A DNA stretch of 59,026 nucleotides, counting the filler. It is 6 parts of 6 records of this genome, joined end to end, with 100 filler letters (N's around TTAATTAATTAA, not from the genome) between each part and the next. Parts side by side here need not be neighbours in the genome. Positions count along the whole stretch, not along the records: positions 41,545 to 53,147 come from SRR31156797_5912; 5 more parts are not named here. One strand, written 5' to 3'. This document shows positions 42,064-52,209 of the stretch, piece by piece. Positions within the stretch are counted from its first letter, which is position 1. Every line of letters begins with the position of its first letter. The position numbers and the translations under genes were made by a program. The notes under the pieces are model-generated. The model worked only from the letters and a program-made list of their open reading frames with translations. It was not told where the DNA came from and did no database searches.

Positions 42064-43725
42064 TTATTCATGATTCCGGTAGCCATAGTCCCTCTCCGCG
42101 GCGGCTAAACTTATCAACCCTTGCCGAAGATCGCTTTCCACGAGGGCTCGCGATCGCCGGGCGGGATCTCCCCATCCTCCACCGCCCGGAACTTCCAACT
42201 TAAGCCGCTCTTCCGGCAAAAGGACGACCCGTCCCTTGGGGAAGACCGGCACGCCGTTCTTGTAAACCGTTCCGGGCTGCCCGGACTTGCCGCCAGCCAC
42301 ACCAAAACACGCGTGTTTCACGCGCTCGCTGGCCACATAGAGATTCACGGCACGGTCCGAGATGTTTCGGACCACGGCCCGTTGACCAAGCCCGCCACGG
42401 TACTGACCGGCCCCTCCGGAATCCGGGATCAATTCCTTGCTTTCGAAGAGCAACGGCACCGCCATCTCGTACAGCTCAATCGGCGTCACCCGACAGTTGG
42501 ACGGGAAGCTCAACGTGTCGTTGCCGTCAAGCGAACAACGACCACCTTGGCCCCCATGGAAATTCTGTATGCTCCCGAACGCCCGGCCGTCGCTGTGATG
42601 CCCTTGGCAATTGATTGCCCAGATCGGAGCGCCTCCACTGTCGCCTTGAACACCCTCGGGAACGACCCTTTCAAGAGCCTTGAAGATCAGGCTCGGAATG
42701 ACATGCCCGATGAGATTGCGGGAGTTTCCAGCCGCATTCTGATGAGGGTTGAGGATCGAACCCAGCGGCGCTTCGTCAGTGATCGGCGCGTAACAACCAT
42801 CGTTGTTCGGCGTGTCCGGATCAAGAAGGCACTTCAAAGCATATACGCTGTGGGCATAGCGGTAGTGGGTGCGGACATTGATGCCATGGGTTACTTCTTC
42901 CGACGACCCTGAATAGTCCACATGGATCGAATCGTCCCGAACAATCACATTCGCCTTCAGAAGAACTTCGGTGTCGAAGCCGTCGAGCATCACCTCGGCC
43001 CCATAGGTACCATTCGGCCATTCCTTGATGGCGGAACGGATATGGTCCTCGGAACGGGTATGGATGGCTCCGGCGAGCCCGCCCATATCATCGAATCCGT
43101 ATTCGTCCATGAAGCGGTTAAGTTCACGACCCATCACTTCGTTGGCCGCAACCATGCCTTCGATATCGCCAAGTACTTCATTCGGAAGTCGGACGCTGGC
43201 CGCAATGATATCCATGACATCCCGGTTGGGATTGCCGCCCTTATGGAGCTTCAGAATCGGCAGACGAATCCCTTCCTCGAAGATGTCCGTCGCGTCGGGA
43301 GATAAAGGACGTCCGCCGATATCCGACAGATGGGCGATCGTTCCGGCAAAAGCGACAACTCGCCCATCCCGGAAGATCGGCGTCACCATCACGAGGTCGG
43401 GAAGGTGCCCGGTGCCGATCTCGGGATCATTGGTGGCGAGAACATCCCCCGGCGCCAACGTCTCCAACGGAAACGCCTTCAGGAAATAGTTTTGCACGGC
43501 CAACGGCAGGGCGGTGATGAAGACCGGGATCGCCAACGTGCACTGGGCCAACGCGCGTCCCGAGGCGTCAAGCAGAACCGTCACATAGTCGTGGTTTTCG
43601 CGCACGATCGACGAAAACGCCGTCTTTCCAAGCGCAATATCGGCCTGATCGGCGATGAAAATCAGGCGGTTCCAAAGCACCTGCAACGTAATCGGGTCGT
43701 CAAGATCGATATTCCGGCGTGTCAT
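42064..43725 (-). CDS. Hydantoinase B/oxoprolinase family subunit
   Basis: TAFSSIVRENHD, TNDP..GTGHLPD, HLSDIGG, EEG, DSGGAG.YRGGLG, PGGGGWGDP. Confidence 0.92.
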   Translation of the reverse strand: MTRRNIDLDDPITLQVLWNRLIFIADQADIALGKTAFSSIVRENHDYVTVLLDASGRALAQCTLAIPVFITALPLAVQNYFLKAFPLETLAPGDVLATNDPEIGTGHLPDLVMVTPIFRDGRVVAFAGTIAHLSDIGGRPLSPDATDIFEEGIRLPILKLHKGGNPNRDVMDIIAASVRLPNEVLGDIEGMVAANEVMGRELNRFMDEYGFDDMGGLAGAIHTRSEDHIRSAIKEWPNGTYGAEVMLDGFDTEVLLKANVIVRDDSIHVDYSGSSEEVTHGINVRTHYRYAHSVYALKCLLDPDTPNNDGCYAPITDEAPLGSILNPHQNAAGNSRNLIGHVIPSLIFKALERVVPEGVQGDSGGAPIWAINCQGHHSDGRAFGSIQNFHGGQGGRCSLDGNDTLSFPSNCRVTPIELYEMAVPLLFESKELIPDSGGAGQYRGGLGQRAVVRNISDRAVNLYVASERVKHACFGVAGGKSGQPGTVYKNGVPVFPKGRVVLLPEERLKLEVPGGGGWGDPARRSRALVESDLRQGLISLAAAERDYGYRNHE

Positions 43726-43733
43726 GCTTCCGT

Positions 43734-45818
43734 CTACCTTTCGCTAATCCGCATCACTAGATTGCTCTGCTCGTCGACATGCATCGTCGCCTGCGGCCCA
43801 ACAACAACGGTCGAATTTCGCTGTTCAACAATGGCCGGACCTTGAATCTCGATACCCGGTTCAAGCCCGTAATGATCGTAAACCGGTGTTTCCACGAACG
43901 ATCCGATCTCGTCGAAGTAAACCGACCGCTTTCCTCTCAAGGGATCCGAAACCTGCGGTCTGTCTTGACGAACGGTCGCCGTATCGACATGTCCCTTGGG
44001 ACCGGCGACCCGCAAGCGCCACGTAATGGCCTCAACCTCCGATCCCTCCACCGTTCGGCCGAAAAGCTCGCGGTACATTTTGAAAAAATTGTCGAGTAAC
44101 TGGGTCAGGAAAGCGTCGTCCGGCAAATCCAGCGGCGGCAACACAACCGTGATCTCATGCCCCTGACCGACATGGCGCATATCCACTGAGTACGAGTTGG
44201 TGATGGCGTTTTCGGCAACCCCCGTACCCAAAACCACGGATCGACCGTCGGCAGCCAGATGGTCGAGAATTTTCTTCACAGCCCGGAAATCCCATCGGTC
44301 CACTCGCATCGGAAAGCTTGTCGATACGTCAACAGCTACCGGCGCGACAAGAAGGCCGACGGCGGACGTAACCCCGGCCCCCGCAGGACATAGAATTTTC
44401 TCGATTCCAAGATTGCATGCCACGCCATAGGCGTGCACCGGACCCGCGCCTCCAAACGCGACAAGCGGCAAGTCCCGCGGGTCGGTCCCGCTATCCGCTG
44501 CGTGCATTGCGGCTGCCTTGCTCATGTTCTCATTGACGAGTTCGTGGATTCCCCAAGCGCAGCGTTCGACGCTAACCCCCAAATCGTCTGCGAGTTGAGC
44601 CATCGCTTTGCGGGCGGATTCCAGGTTCAGTTCGAAACTGCCACCCAAGAACGAATTCGCCCCAACATAACCAAGCAATACGTCGGCATCGGTAACCGTC
44701 GGTTCCGTTCCGCCGAGTCCGTAACAAGCAGGACCGGGCGATGCGCCCGAACTCCGCGGCCCCACTTCCAACAATCCCAGTTGATTGCGAAACGCGATAC
44801 TGCCACCACCGGCGCCGATTTCGATCATTTGGATCGACTGAATCATAAGGGGAAACCCGCTTCCACGACGGAAGCGCTTGTGACGAGCGACCTCCAAATC
44901 GGTGCCGATCATCGGTTCTCCATGGGGAACGAGACAGAGCTTCGCCGTTGTCCCCCCCATATCGAAGGACAGCACGTCTTCTTCATTTGCCAGCGTTGCA
45001 TATTCGGCAGCAGCCACGGCGCCGGCCGCCGGCCCCGATTCGATGAGACGCACGGGAAAATTCGCCGCCGTCGAACTCGGCACGACGCCCCCGCTGGACG
45101 TCATCCATAGCATTTGCTCAACGACCCCACGCTCGTGGAGCTGTCCAGTTAGCTGCTCAATGTGCCGTGCCATCAATGGTTGCGTATATGCGTTAACAAC
45201 CGTCGTCGACGCACGATCATATTCCCGCACTTCCGGGCACACTTCCGATGACAGGGAAACGAACATCGCCGGATCGTTGTTAATAAGAATTTCTTTAATT
45301 TTCTGCTCGTTTTTCGGGTATTTATAGGCGTGCAATAAGCATACTGCCACCGACCCGACACCGGCGCCCCGCAGCTTCTCCACGATCTCGGCAATGCCGT
45401 CCTCGTCGAGCGGTGTCTCTTGTCGGCCATCGGCCGTCATCCGCTCTTTGACTCCGAAACATCGATTTCGGGGAACGATTGGTTCCGGGTATTGCAGCTT
45501 CAGATCGTACAATTCGTAGCGCCCCTCCGTCCGGATGCGGAGCATGTCCTGAAATCCATCGGTTGTGATCAAGGCCGCATCGTCTCCACGCCGCTCGAGC
45601 ACGGAGTTCGTGACGACGGTGGTTGCGCCCAACACCTGAAGTGCCCCCCCAAGCGCCATCCCATTCATTTCACCCAAAAGCTCGTCGATACCTTGAATTA
45701 CGGCCTTCGCCGGGTCCGCAGGTGTACTGAGCACCTTGTGGAGATGAACCCTGCCGTCATCGCCAACAAATGCAAAGTCGGTAAACGTTCCACCGGTGTC
45801 GAATGCTAGCTTTGCCAT
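43734..45818 (-). CDS. Hydantoinase A/oxoprolinase family ATP-binding subunit
   Basis: Start re-assigned to MAKLAFDTGGTFTD (45818). ESGPAAG, DMGGTT, IGAGGGS, PGPACYG and FGGAGP motifs. Confidence 0.92.
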   Translation of the reverse strand: MAKLAFDTGGTFTDFAFVGDDGRVHLHKVLSTPADPAKAVIQGIDELLGEMNGMALGGALQVLGATTVVTNSVLERRGDDAALITTDGFQDMLRIRTEGRYELYDLKLQYPEPIVPRNRCFGVKERMTADGRQETPLDEDGIAEIVEKLRGAGVGSVAVCLLHAYKYPKNEQKIKEILINNDPAMFVSLSSEVCPEVREYDRASTTVVNAYTQPLMARHIEQLTGQLHERGVVEQMLWMTSSGGVVPSSTAANFPVRLIESGPAAGAVAAAEYATLANEEDVLSFDMGGTTAKLCLVPHGEPMIGTDLEVARHKRFRRGSGFPLMIQSIQMIEIGAGGGSIAFRNQLGLLEVGPRSSGASPGPACYGLGGTEPTVTDADVLLGYVGANSFLGGSFELNLESARKAMAQLADDLGVSVERCAWGIHELVNENMSKAAAMHAADSGTDPRDLPLVAFGGAGPVHAYGVACNLGIEKILCPAGAGVTSAVGLLVAPVAVDVSTSFPMRVDRWDFRAVKKILDHLAADGRSVVLGTGVAENAITNSYSVDMRHVGQGHEITVVLPPLDLPDDAFLTQLLDNFFKMYRELFGRTVEGSEVEAITWRLRVAGPKGHVDTATVRQDRPQVSDPLRGKRSVYFDEIGSFVETPVYDHYGLEPGIEIQGPAIVEQRNSTVVVGPQATMHVDEQSNLVMRISER

Positions 45819-45940
45819 GTCATAGTCCGTTCGTTTTGCACCGCCCCAGGCAACGCCGTTGATCCACTTGCGGGTGCGGCTTGGTGTTGTACGCTCGAGA
45901 GGAGGGCGCACCGATTCGTGAGCGATCTCGCAATCACGGA

Positions 45941-46687
45941 TTACAGCCCCTTCGCGCCGGAATCAGTTCGATCCAACTTCCCGGTCATGAATAGGTCGCC
46001 AAGATCTTTTTGTGTGATTTCGGGCGTGGCGCCATCCCAGATTATCTTCCCGAGACGCATAACAATCGCGCGCTCGCAGATCTCCATCGCCTTGCGTGTA
46101 TTCTGCTCAACCAACAGGATCGTTCGGCCACCTTTGTGAAGTCGTTTCAACTCCTCGAAGACCACCGAAACCGCCTGCGGAGACAGTCCGGCCGACGGCT
46201 CGTCGACCAGTAAGATTTCCGGACGCCTGAGCATGGCCATCGCCATCTCGAGCAACTGCTGCTCGCCACCAGAAAGATTCCCCGCCAACTGGCGGTGTCG
46301 TTCTTTCAGAATTGGAAAGATGTCGTAGATGTATTCCCTTTCCGCTTTTGTCTGCCGGACCTTCATGGCGTAGGAGGCCATTTCAAGGTTCTCGTCCACC
46401 GACATTAACGGGAAATTGCACCGGCCTTGAGCGACGTAGGCAATTCCTTTCGCCAGAACGGCTCGCGGTTGCGCCTTCGCGATGCTCGATCCCTTCAAAC
46501 GGATCGAGCCGCGCATGAACGTCGCCAACCCAAAGACAGTCTTCAAAAGAGTGGATTTACCTGCGCCGTTCGGCCCCATCAATGCGATGAGCTGTCCGCC
46601 CGGCGCGTTCATATCGACACCGTGGAGAATTTCCAGAGCGCCGTATCCGGCATACAAGTCGGAAATTGCGAGCGTTGAATCAACCAC
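45941..46687 (-). CDS. ABC transporter ATP-binding protein, LivF-like (start uncertain; GTG at 46687)
   Basis: GPNGAGKS, LSGGEQQ, LLVDEPS, VEQN. Confidence 0.9.
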   Translation of the reverse strand: MVDSTLAISDLYAGYGALEILHGVDMNAPGGQLIALMGPNGAGKSTLLKTVFGLATFMRGSIRLKGSSIAKAQPRAVLAKGIAYVAQGRCNFPLMSVDENLEMASYAMKVRQTKAEREYIYDIFPILKERHRQLAGNLSGGEQQLLEMAMAMLRRPEILLVDEPSAGLSPQAVSVVFEELKRLHKGGRTILLVEQNTRKAMEICERAIVMRLGKIIWDGATPEITQKDLGDLFMTGKLDRTDSGAKGL

Positions 46688-47468
46688 CGAGATAGGCCTC
46701 CACAACCTGTTGGTCGCTGACGATCGACTGTGGATCCGCGTCAGCAAGCTTGCTTCCTTGATCGAGGACGACGATGCGTGGACAGAGTTCAAGCACAACG
46801 TCGACATTGTGTTCGATGACTACGAAGGTGACTCCAAATTCGCGATTGGCGTATCGGATACCTTCGATGAGACGCTCGATCAGCACCGGGTTGACGCCGG
46901 CCAGCGGTTCGTCGAGCAGAAGCACGCGCGGCTTCGACATCAACATCATCGCAAACTGAAGAAGCTTTTGCTGACCGATCGAAAGCGTTCCCGCTGCGAA
47001 ATCGCGTTGCGGCACCAAGCCAACGAGATCAAGCACGTCATTGGCCTGGCTTCTCAATGCCGCGATGCGCCTTCGAGCCTCTCGTCCAATGGAGAACGTC
47101 GAACCTATGCTGCCGAACGAGAACATCTGACCAGCCGTAATGAGGTTTTCCTCGGCGGAAATGGTTCCGAAGACGACCGTTCTTTGGAAGCTCCGAAGCA
47201 TCCGGGCTTCTCGGGCAATCCGGTTTGTCGGCCAATCGGTGACATTAATTCCGTCGACGAGAACCTTGCCGCCATCCGGGATCTGTAGACCGGTGCAACA
47301 ATCGAACAGCGTGCTCTTGCCTGAACCGTTCGGACCGATCAACCCGCAGATTTCACCTTCGGAGACGTCGAAACTGACTCCACGCAATGCCTGAAGGGCA
47401 CCGTAACTCTTCAACATTCCTTCGATTTGAAGAAACGGCGTCCCGTTGACTGTCATAAGATCACTCAT
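46680..47468 (-). CDS. ABC transporter ATP-binding protein, LivG-like
   Basis: Start MSDLMTVNG overlaps the LivM-like gene stop. GPNGSGKS, LLDEP.AG, IEH, and a C-terminal VVEAYLG. Confidence 0.9.
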   Translation of the reverse strand: MSDLMTVNGTPFLQIEGMLKSYGALQALRGVSFDVSEGEICGLIGPNGSGKSTLFDCCTGLQIPDGGKVLVDGINVTDWPTNRIAREARMLRSFQRTVVFGTISAEENLITAGQMFSFGSIGSTFSIGREARRRIAALRSQANDVLDLVGLVPQRDFAAGTLSIGQQKLLQFAMMLMSKPRVLLLDEPLAGVNPVLIERLIEGIRYANREFGVTFVVIEHNVDVVLELCPRIVVLDQGSKLADADPQSIVSDQQVVEAYLGG

Positions 47469-48490
47469 CGCCGCCTCCCCGATGTCAGCCGTTCGACCAC
47501 CCATTCCAACACCGGCGCCAAACCTTTTGGAAATTTCAATGCAAGAAGGATGAGCACGAACCCGTACGCAACCATTCGGAATTCGGGTGTTATTCGCAGC
47601 GCTTCGGAAAAGCCGACAAAAACGACGCTCCCAGTAACCACGCCCGCAATCGTTCCTGCGCCACCGCCGAGGACGATGATTAGGATCGTTATCAAGTAAT
47701 AGACCGCGAACATTAGAGGACTGACGACTGTGAGGTAGTGGGCGTAGAGGCTGCCCCCCATTCCGGCGAACGCCGCAGTGATCACAAAGACCACTAATTT
47801 GTATCTCCAGGTCGGTATCCCGACCGATTCCGCGAGGGTCTCGTTTTCTCGGATTGCCACCAAATTCCGGCCCGCCGCAGACGATACCAACGCATAACAA
47901 ACGACAATCAAAATCATACTTATAAACAGAGCGAGATAGTAAAACTCGGCGGTGGTATTCACGGTAAACGAATAGGACCCGATGGCGAATTCCGGCCGTG
48001 GAATACCCGCCAATCCCATGTCCCCGCGTGTTACGCTGATCCAATTCTTGGAGAGCACCTCGGCAATAACAAAGATGCCCAGTGTGCACATCACAAAGGA
48101 ATGGCTCCGAAGACGCAACGCCGGCACACCCAAAGGCAACGCCACCATTGCCGCCACAAGACCCGCAGCGAGAAAGTTCACGTAAAACGGCGTACCGAAG
48201 TGGATCGCCAGAAGAGCAGAAGTATAGGCGCCAACTCCAAAAAACGCGCCCTGGCCGAGCGAAAGAAGGCCCGTATAACCGACGATTAAATTCAGCCCCA
48301 GTGCGGGAAGAAGAAAAATCATCGAAATGATGAGTGAATGCAAATGGTAACCACCAACCATCATCGGCGCCAATACGAACGTCGCGGCGGCGGCAACCAA
48401 CAACAAAGCCTTGCGCCTCCTCGGCCCATTCTCAATCAGAGAGGCCACTATCGAAGGCAATATTTGCTCTGAGGATATTTCCCTTGGCAT
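47465..48490 (-). CDS. ABC transporter permease, LivM-like
   Basis: GYTGLLSLGQGAFFGVGAY, AIRENE..AES.G, LGG.GT. Confidence 0.9.
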   Translation of the reverse strand: MPREISSEQILPSIVASLIENGPRRRKALLLVAAAATFVLAPMMVGGYHLHSLIISMIFLLPALGLNLIVGYTGLLSLGQGAFFGVGAYTSALLAIHFGTPFYVNFLAAGLVAAMVALPLGVPALRLRSHSFVMCTLGIFVIAEVLSKNWISVTRGDMGLAGIPRPEFAIGSYSFTVNTTAEFYYLALFISMILIVVCYALVSSAAGRNLVAIRENETLAESVGIPTWRYKLVVFVITAAFAGMGGSLYAHYLTVVSPLMFAVYYLITILIIVLGGGAGTIAGVVTGSVVFVGFSEALRITPEFRMVAYGFVLILLALKFPKGLAPVLEWVVERLTSGRRR

Positions 48491-48506
48491 TGTTTGCGTC
48501 TCCCCT

Positions 48507-49379
48507 TTAGAACCGCGCGCGGATGCTAAACAAGCCGTGGGGCCTCCACATAAGCACGAGAATCAGTGCCACGTAGGCGACACCGTCGCGGTAATGGAGC
48601 CCCATAAAGCCGGCGACCAGACCTTCGATAACGCCAAGAATTAGGCCGGCCATCAGCACGCCTCGGACGTATCCCAATCCCCCCATGACACAGATGGCAA
48701 AGGCCTTCAGCATGACGACTTCGCCCATGCCCCCATAGACGCTGACGTTGATTGGGCCTGTAAGAACCCCCGACAACGCGGCCAGGCACGTGCCAAGAAC
48801 GAAGGTCCGAAGAACCACCTGTTCAACGTCAATTCCGACTACCCGGCAGCACTCCATGTTCTGCGAGACGGCCCGCATCGCCTTTCCCATCCGCGTGTAG
48901 CGCATCATCAAATCCAACCCAAGGAACAAGGCCAAACTGATGCCAGCGGTCATGATTCTCTGGCCCGCCATGTAAGTGCCCAGGATGTTGAAGGGTTCAA
49001 GCCAACCGCCGGGGAAAACCTTATAGGTTCCACCAAACACGACGATAACGGCGTTCGACAGAACCAGGGAAACGCCAAGCGTCGCAATCACGCCCGTCTC
49101 GAACACCGCGCCCACCAGTCGCCTCATAACGAGCCATCCGACCAAAGTCGCGATCGTCGCCGTAATCACAACCGCCACAACAACAGACGCAAAATACGGA
49201 ATTTCCAGTCGGTCGATAACGAACCAAGCAAAGAAAGCTCCAAGCATATAGTATTCGCCATGAGCGAAGTTGACGGCGTGAAGAACGCCATAGATCATCG
49301 TCAAACCAACTGCGATGACAGCGTAAACCGACCCCGCAACCAACCCATTGATGATCTGTTCGAAGACCAAATCAAACAT
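48507..49379 (-). CDS. ABC transporter permease, LivH-like
   Basis: QIINGL..GSVYA.IAVGLTMIYG, NFAHGE, RPHGL. Confidence 0.92.
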   Translation of the reverse strand: MFDLVFEQIINGLVAGSVYAVIAVGLTMIYGVLHAVNFAHGEYYMLGAFFAWFVIDRLEIPYFASVVVAVVITATIATLVGWLVMRRLVGAVFETGVIATLGVSLVLSNAVIVVFGGTYKVFPGGWLEPFNILGTYMAGQRIMTAGISLALFLGLDLMMRYTRMGKAMRAVSQNMECCRVVGIDVEQVVLRTFVLGTCLAALSGVLTGPINVSVYGGMGEVVMLKAFAICVMGGLGYVRGVLMAGLILGVIEGLVAGFMGLHYRDGVAYVALILVLMWRPHGLFSIRARF

Positions 49380-49415
49380 GGAACTCCCCCTGCTTGGCCT
49401 AAACGGAATTCGACC

Positions 49416-50612
49416 TTATTTCGGATAGTCGATCTTCGAAGAAAACACGCCCATGATGACCGGTTTTCCATCGACGATCTCAATCAGAATCATCGGAAGG
49501 TTTCCTTGGTTATGGTCGTCAAACGTGACCTCGCCCATAATGCTGTCGTAGGAAATCGTCGAGAGCGCTTTGCGGACGTCATCCGCGTCGGTACTCTTTG
49601 CCGCATTCATGGCCGCAGCTAAAAGACGGACGGTTTCCCAGTGCGTATAGGCATGGTTGTTCGGCGTTTCCCCATTGTACTTTTTCTGGAAGGCGGCCAC
49701 GAACGCCTTGCTGCGGGGTTCCTCCCAATCGGGAAGCCAGGCAGCAGCCTCGACCGCCCCAATGAAGGCGGAAGGTGCCGCTTTGATCGTATCCGGGTTC
49801 GTAAATTCACCGCTCCCGACCAATGCAATCTTTCCGGCCAATCCCGTCTCGACCATCTGCCGAGCGACAATGGGGGTCACGTCAGCAAGACCGTACATGA
49901 TGATCGCATCGGCACCCGACTGCCGGATTTTTGCTAGAACCGGGCGGAAATCGACCTCTTTGTCCTTGTAGAAGTCCTCGCTGAGAATTTCGGCCTTGAA
50001 CCGCGGAAGATATTTCTTCGTAAAGTCAATCGCACCACGCCCGTAATCGCTGTCGACCGAAAGAACGGCGAACTTCTTGTAGCCCTTCTCCTCGACGGCA
50101 TACTTTAGAACGACAAGGGTCTTGGTCTCGTCGGTCACATAATTGCGGAACGTCCATTTATTTCCGCCAACGCCCGCCCTGTAGGTGATCGCCGGATTTG
50201 ACGACGCCGCGTTGAGGAGAAGAACTTTGTGGTCTTCGGCAATCGGCTGGATTGCCAACGTTACCGAACTGCATATTGCGCCGATAATAATCGATACTTC
50301 GTCTTGTCCGATCGCCCGTTGAGCGGCGGACGCCCCCTCGGCCGGGGCACAGGCGCTATCACCTTGGAAAAGTTCGATCTTCTTTCCCAGAACACCGCCC
50401 GCGGCGTTGATTTCGTCGGCCGCCATCGATGCCCCGCGCCACGCCCAGATACCGTATCGGCCTGCCGCACCACTGTGCGGGCTAAGAACGCCGATACGAA
50501 CCGTATTGTCCGCAGCTTGTGCTGGGGTTGTGTTGGCACTAACGACCAGCACCCCCGCAGCAATGAACGATGTCACCCAAAAAAGCACTCGACATATCCG
50601 TTTATTCGTCAT
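49416..50612 (-). CDS. Periplasmic substrate-binding protein, LivJ/LivK family
   Basis: Start MTNKRIC (50612) with signal peptide. IGVLSPHSG, EINAAGGVLG, GAICSS, DYGRG. Confidence 0.9.
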   Translation of the reverse strand: MTNKRICRVLFWVTSFIAAGVLVVSANTTPAQAADNTVRIGVLSPHSGAAGRYGIWAWRGASMAADEINAAGGVLGKKIELFQGDSACAPAEGASAAQRAIGQDEVSIIIGAICSSVTLAIQPIAEDHKVLLLNAASSNPAITYRAGVGGNKWTFRNYVTDETKTLVVLKYAVEEKGYKKFAVLSVDSDYGRGAIDFTKKYLPRFKAEILSEDFYKDKEVDFRPVLAKIRQSGADAIIMYGLADVTPIVARQMVETGLAGKIALVGSGEFTNPDTIKAAPSAFIGAVEAAAWLPDWEEPRSKAFVAAFQKKYNGETPNNHAYTHWETVRLLAAAMNAAKSTDADDVRKALSTISYDSIMGEVTFDDHNQGNLPMILIEIVDGKPVIMGVFSSKIDYPK

Positions 50613-50837
50613 GGCTTCGTCTCCTAACTCTGAACCAAAATGAACAGCGTAAGCGCCTCGCAAACTCTGCGGTTCTTCATGAAGCAGACTCGTGATTTCG
50701 TTGATTTCCGACGGATTGCAGCAACCCCCCTAGCAACTGGATCGGCAAGACAAGGGCCACAAACCACACGATCGAACGCATCACATGATCAAGTGTAGTT
50801 TGGCGATTCCAAGAAAGGCCAAAGCAATTGGGTTCTG

Positions 50838-50862
50838 CCGCGATAAGGTTTTCATATCGCGG
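50838..50862. promoter_or_regulatory. LysR-type (Nac-like) operator upstream of the ABC/hydantoinase operon
   Basis: Palindrome CCGCGATA-N9-TATCGCGG containing ATA-N9-TAT. Confidence 0.6.
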
Positions 50863-50965
50863 GGCACCAACAAACACGCAAGCACGTAGAATCGCTAGCC
50901 GCACAACGACGTGGGGAGGGGCCGCCGTCGGCCATCGGAATGATCGTGTTAGGCCGGGAAACGCT

Positions 50966-51907
50966 CTAGTTGCCGGAGTTGGCAGATCTTGCACCGGGAC
51001 TGCTATCGGGAATAATAAGACCGTTAACCAGATCCCGAAGAATATCGGATACGGCAGATGCGGGTTCAGACAATGGCAAATGATCGGACACGCACAAAGA
51101 AATCGACGCCTGAATGGTCGGCTTGACAAGTCGACGGGTCGGCAGATCCGTGCCGACAACCACTCCCGCCGGAAGAATCGTCGCCCCAAGGTTGGCTTCA
51201 ATCGCGGCACGCAACGTCGAAACGGACTCGATTTCGGCGGCCACATGCGGGACAACGCGGGCCCGCGAAAATGACGCATCGATTAGGCCACGCAAAAAAT
51301 GATTCCGATTTGGCAACAGCAATTTGATCCCATCGAGTGAATCCAGGGGGATGGCATCCTGACTGCTGCCGGGCAACTCCATCTCATGTGGCGCGATAAG
51401 AATCAGTTCTTCGCGAAAAAGCGATTGCAGTTCCACGCCCTTGATCGGATCGGATCCGTATATGATGGCCATATCCATCCGACCCGTCATGACCAACTCA
51501 CTCAAGATATGTCCGAAATTGTCGTTGATATAAAGTGTAATGTCTGGATACCGCTGGCTGACTGCGCGAAGAAGCGGGATCGAGAGGGTGGTTGTTGTAC
51601 TGTACGTTGCGAGTCCAATGGACACATGACCCGCAAGTGAGGCAGCGGCCTGAGTCACGTCGGCTTCAGCTTGTTCAAGATGCTTCAGGATAGCCTGCGC
51701 GTGACGGTATAGAACGATTCCAGCTTCGGTCGGTTGGATGCCAAGGTTGCTTCTTATCAAGAGGTCTTTCTGGAAATGGTCTTCAAGCGAGGCGATCTGC
51801 TGGCTGAGTGCGGGTTGGGCGACCCGGAGTATGCTGGAGGCTCGCGAGATACTTCCAGTGTCGACGATCTTCACAAAGTTTTTCAGCTTTCTAAAATCGA
51901 CTCTCAT
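50966..51907 (-). CDS. LysR family regulator, Nac-like
   Basis: LKNFVKIVDTGSISRAS..VAQPALSQQIASLE HTH plus a substrate-binding domain. Confidence 0.9.
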   Translation of the reverse strand: MRVDFRKLKNFVKIVDTGSISRASSILRVAQPALSQQIASLEDHFQKDLLIRSNLGIQPTEAGIVLYRHAQAILKHLEQAEADVTQAAASLAGHVSIGLATYSTTTTLSIPLLRAVSQRYPDITLYINDNFGHILSELVMTGRMDMAIIYGSDPIKGVELQSLFREELILIAPHEMELPGSSQDAIPLDSLDGIKLLLPNRNHFLRGLIDASFSRARVVPHVAAEIESVSTLRAAIEANLGATILPAGVVVGTDLPTRRLVKPTIQASISLCVSDHLPLSEPASAVSDILRDLVNGLIIPDSSPGARSANSGN

Positions 51908-52027
51908 TTGATTTCAATGCCGTTGGTTCGGTCCGACAAAGCGAACCCGTTTTTGGAAAGCCGAGCATATCCTTGGTGACACAGCGTCGACACGTCGCTG
52001 ACGTTTCACGTCAACAATAGTTTAAAT

Positions 52028-52208
52028 GGTGTTGTCAGAAGAAAACAGGCTGATCTTGGAAGGGGTTGACGCGCTGAGAATCAGATGGCGTTGTCAGAGC
52101 AAGTCGCATCGGACAAAGAAATCCGGAAGCGTTCGCTTCTCAGGCAGCAAGTTCACGCCACTCTGCAAGGGTGGCGGTGCGATTGAATTTGAAGGTTTGG
52201 CGATTGTG
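52028..52208. mobile_element. Two relic IS6-family ends
   Basis: GGTGTTGTCAGAAGAAAAC at 52028 resembles the transposase-upstream end. GGCGTTGTCAGAGCAA at 52087 is followed by about 120 bp of a diverged copy of the element's right end, including the last transposase codons. Confidence 0.75.
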
Positions 52209-52209
52209 G

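Noticed and set aside
47469-48089. Apparent 469-aa LivG with a long N-terminal domain
   Set aside because: The extension is an alternative frame inside the LivM-like gene. The real start is at 47468.
50677-51279. 200-aa ORF overlapping the LysR 3' end and the intergenic region
   Set aside because: Arg/Pro-rich, low-information translation that overlaps a real gene and a regulatory region.
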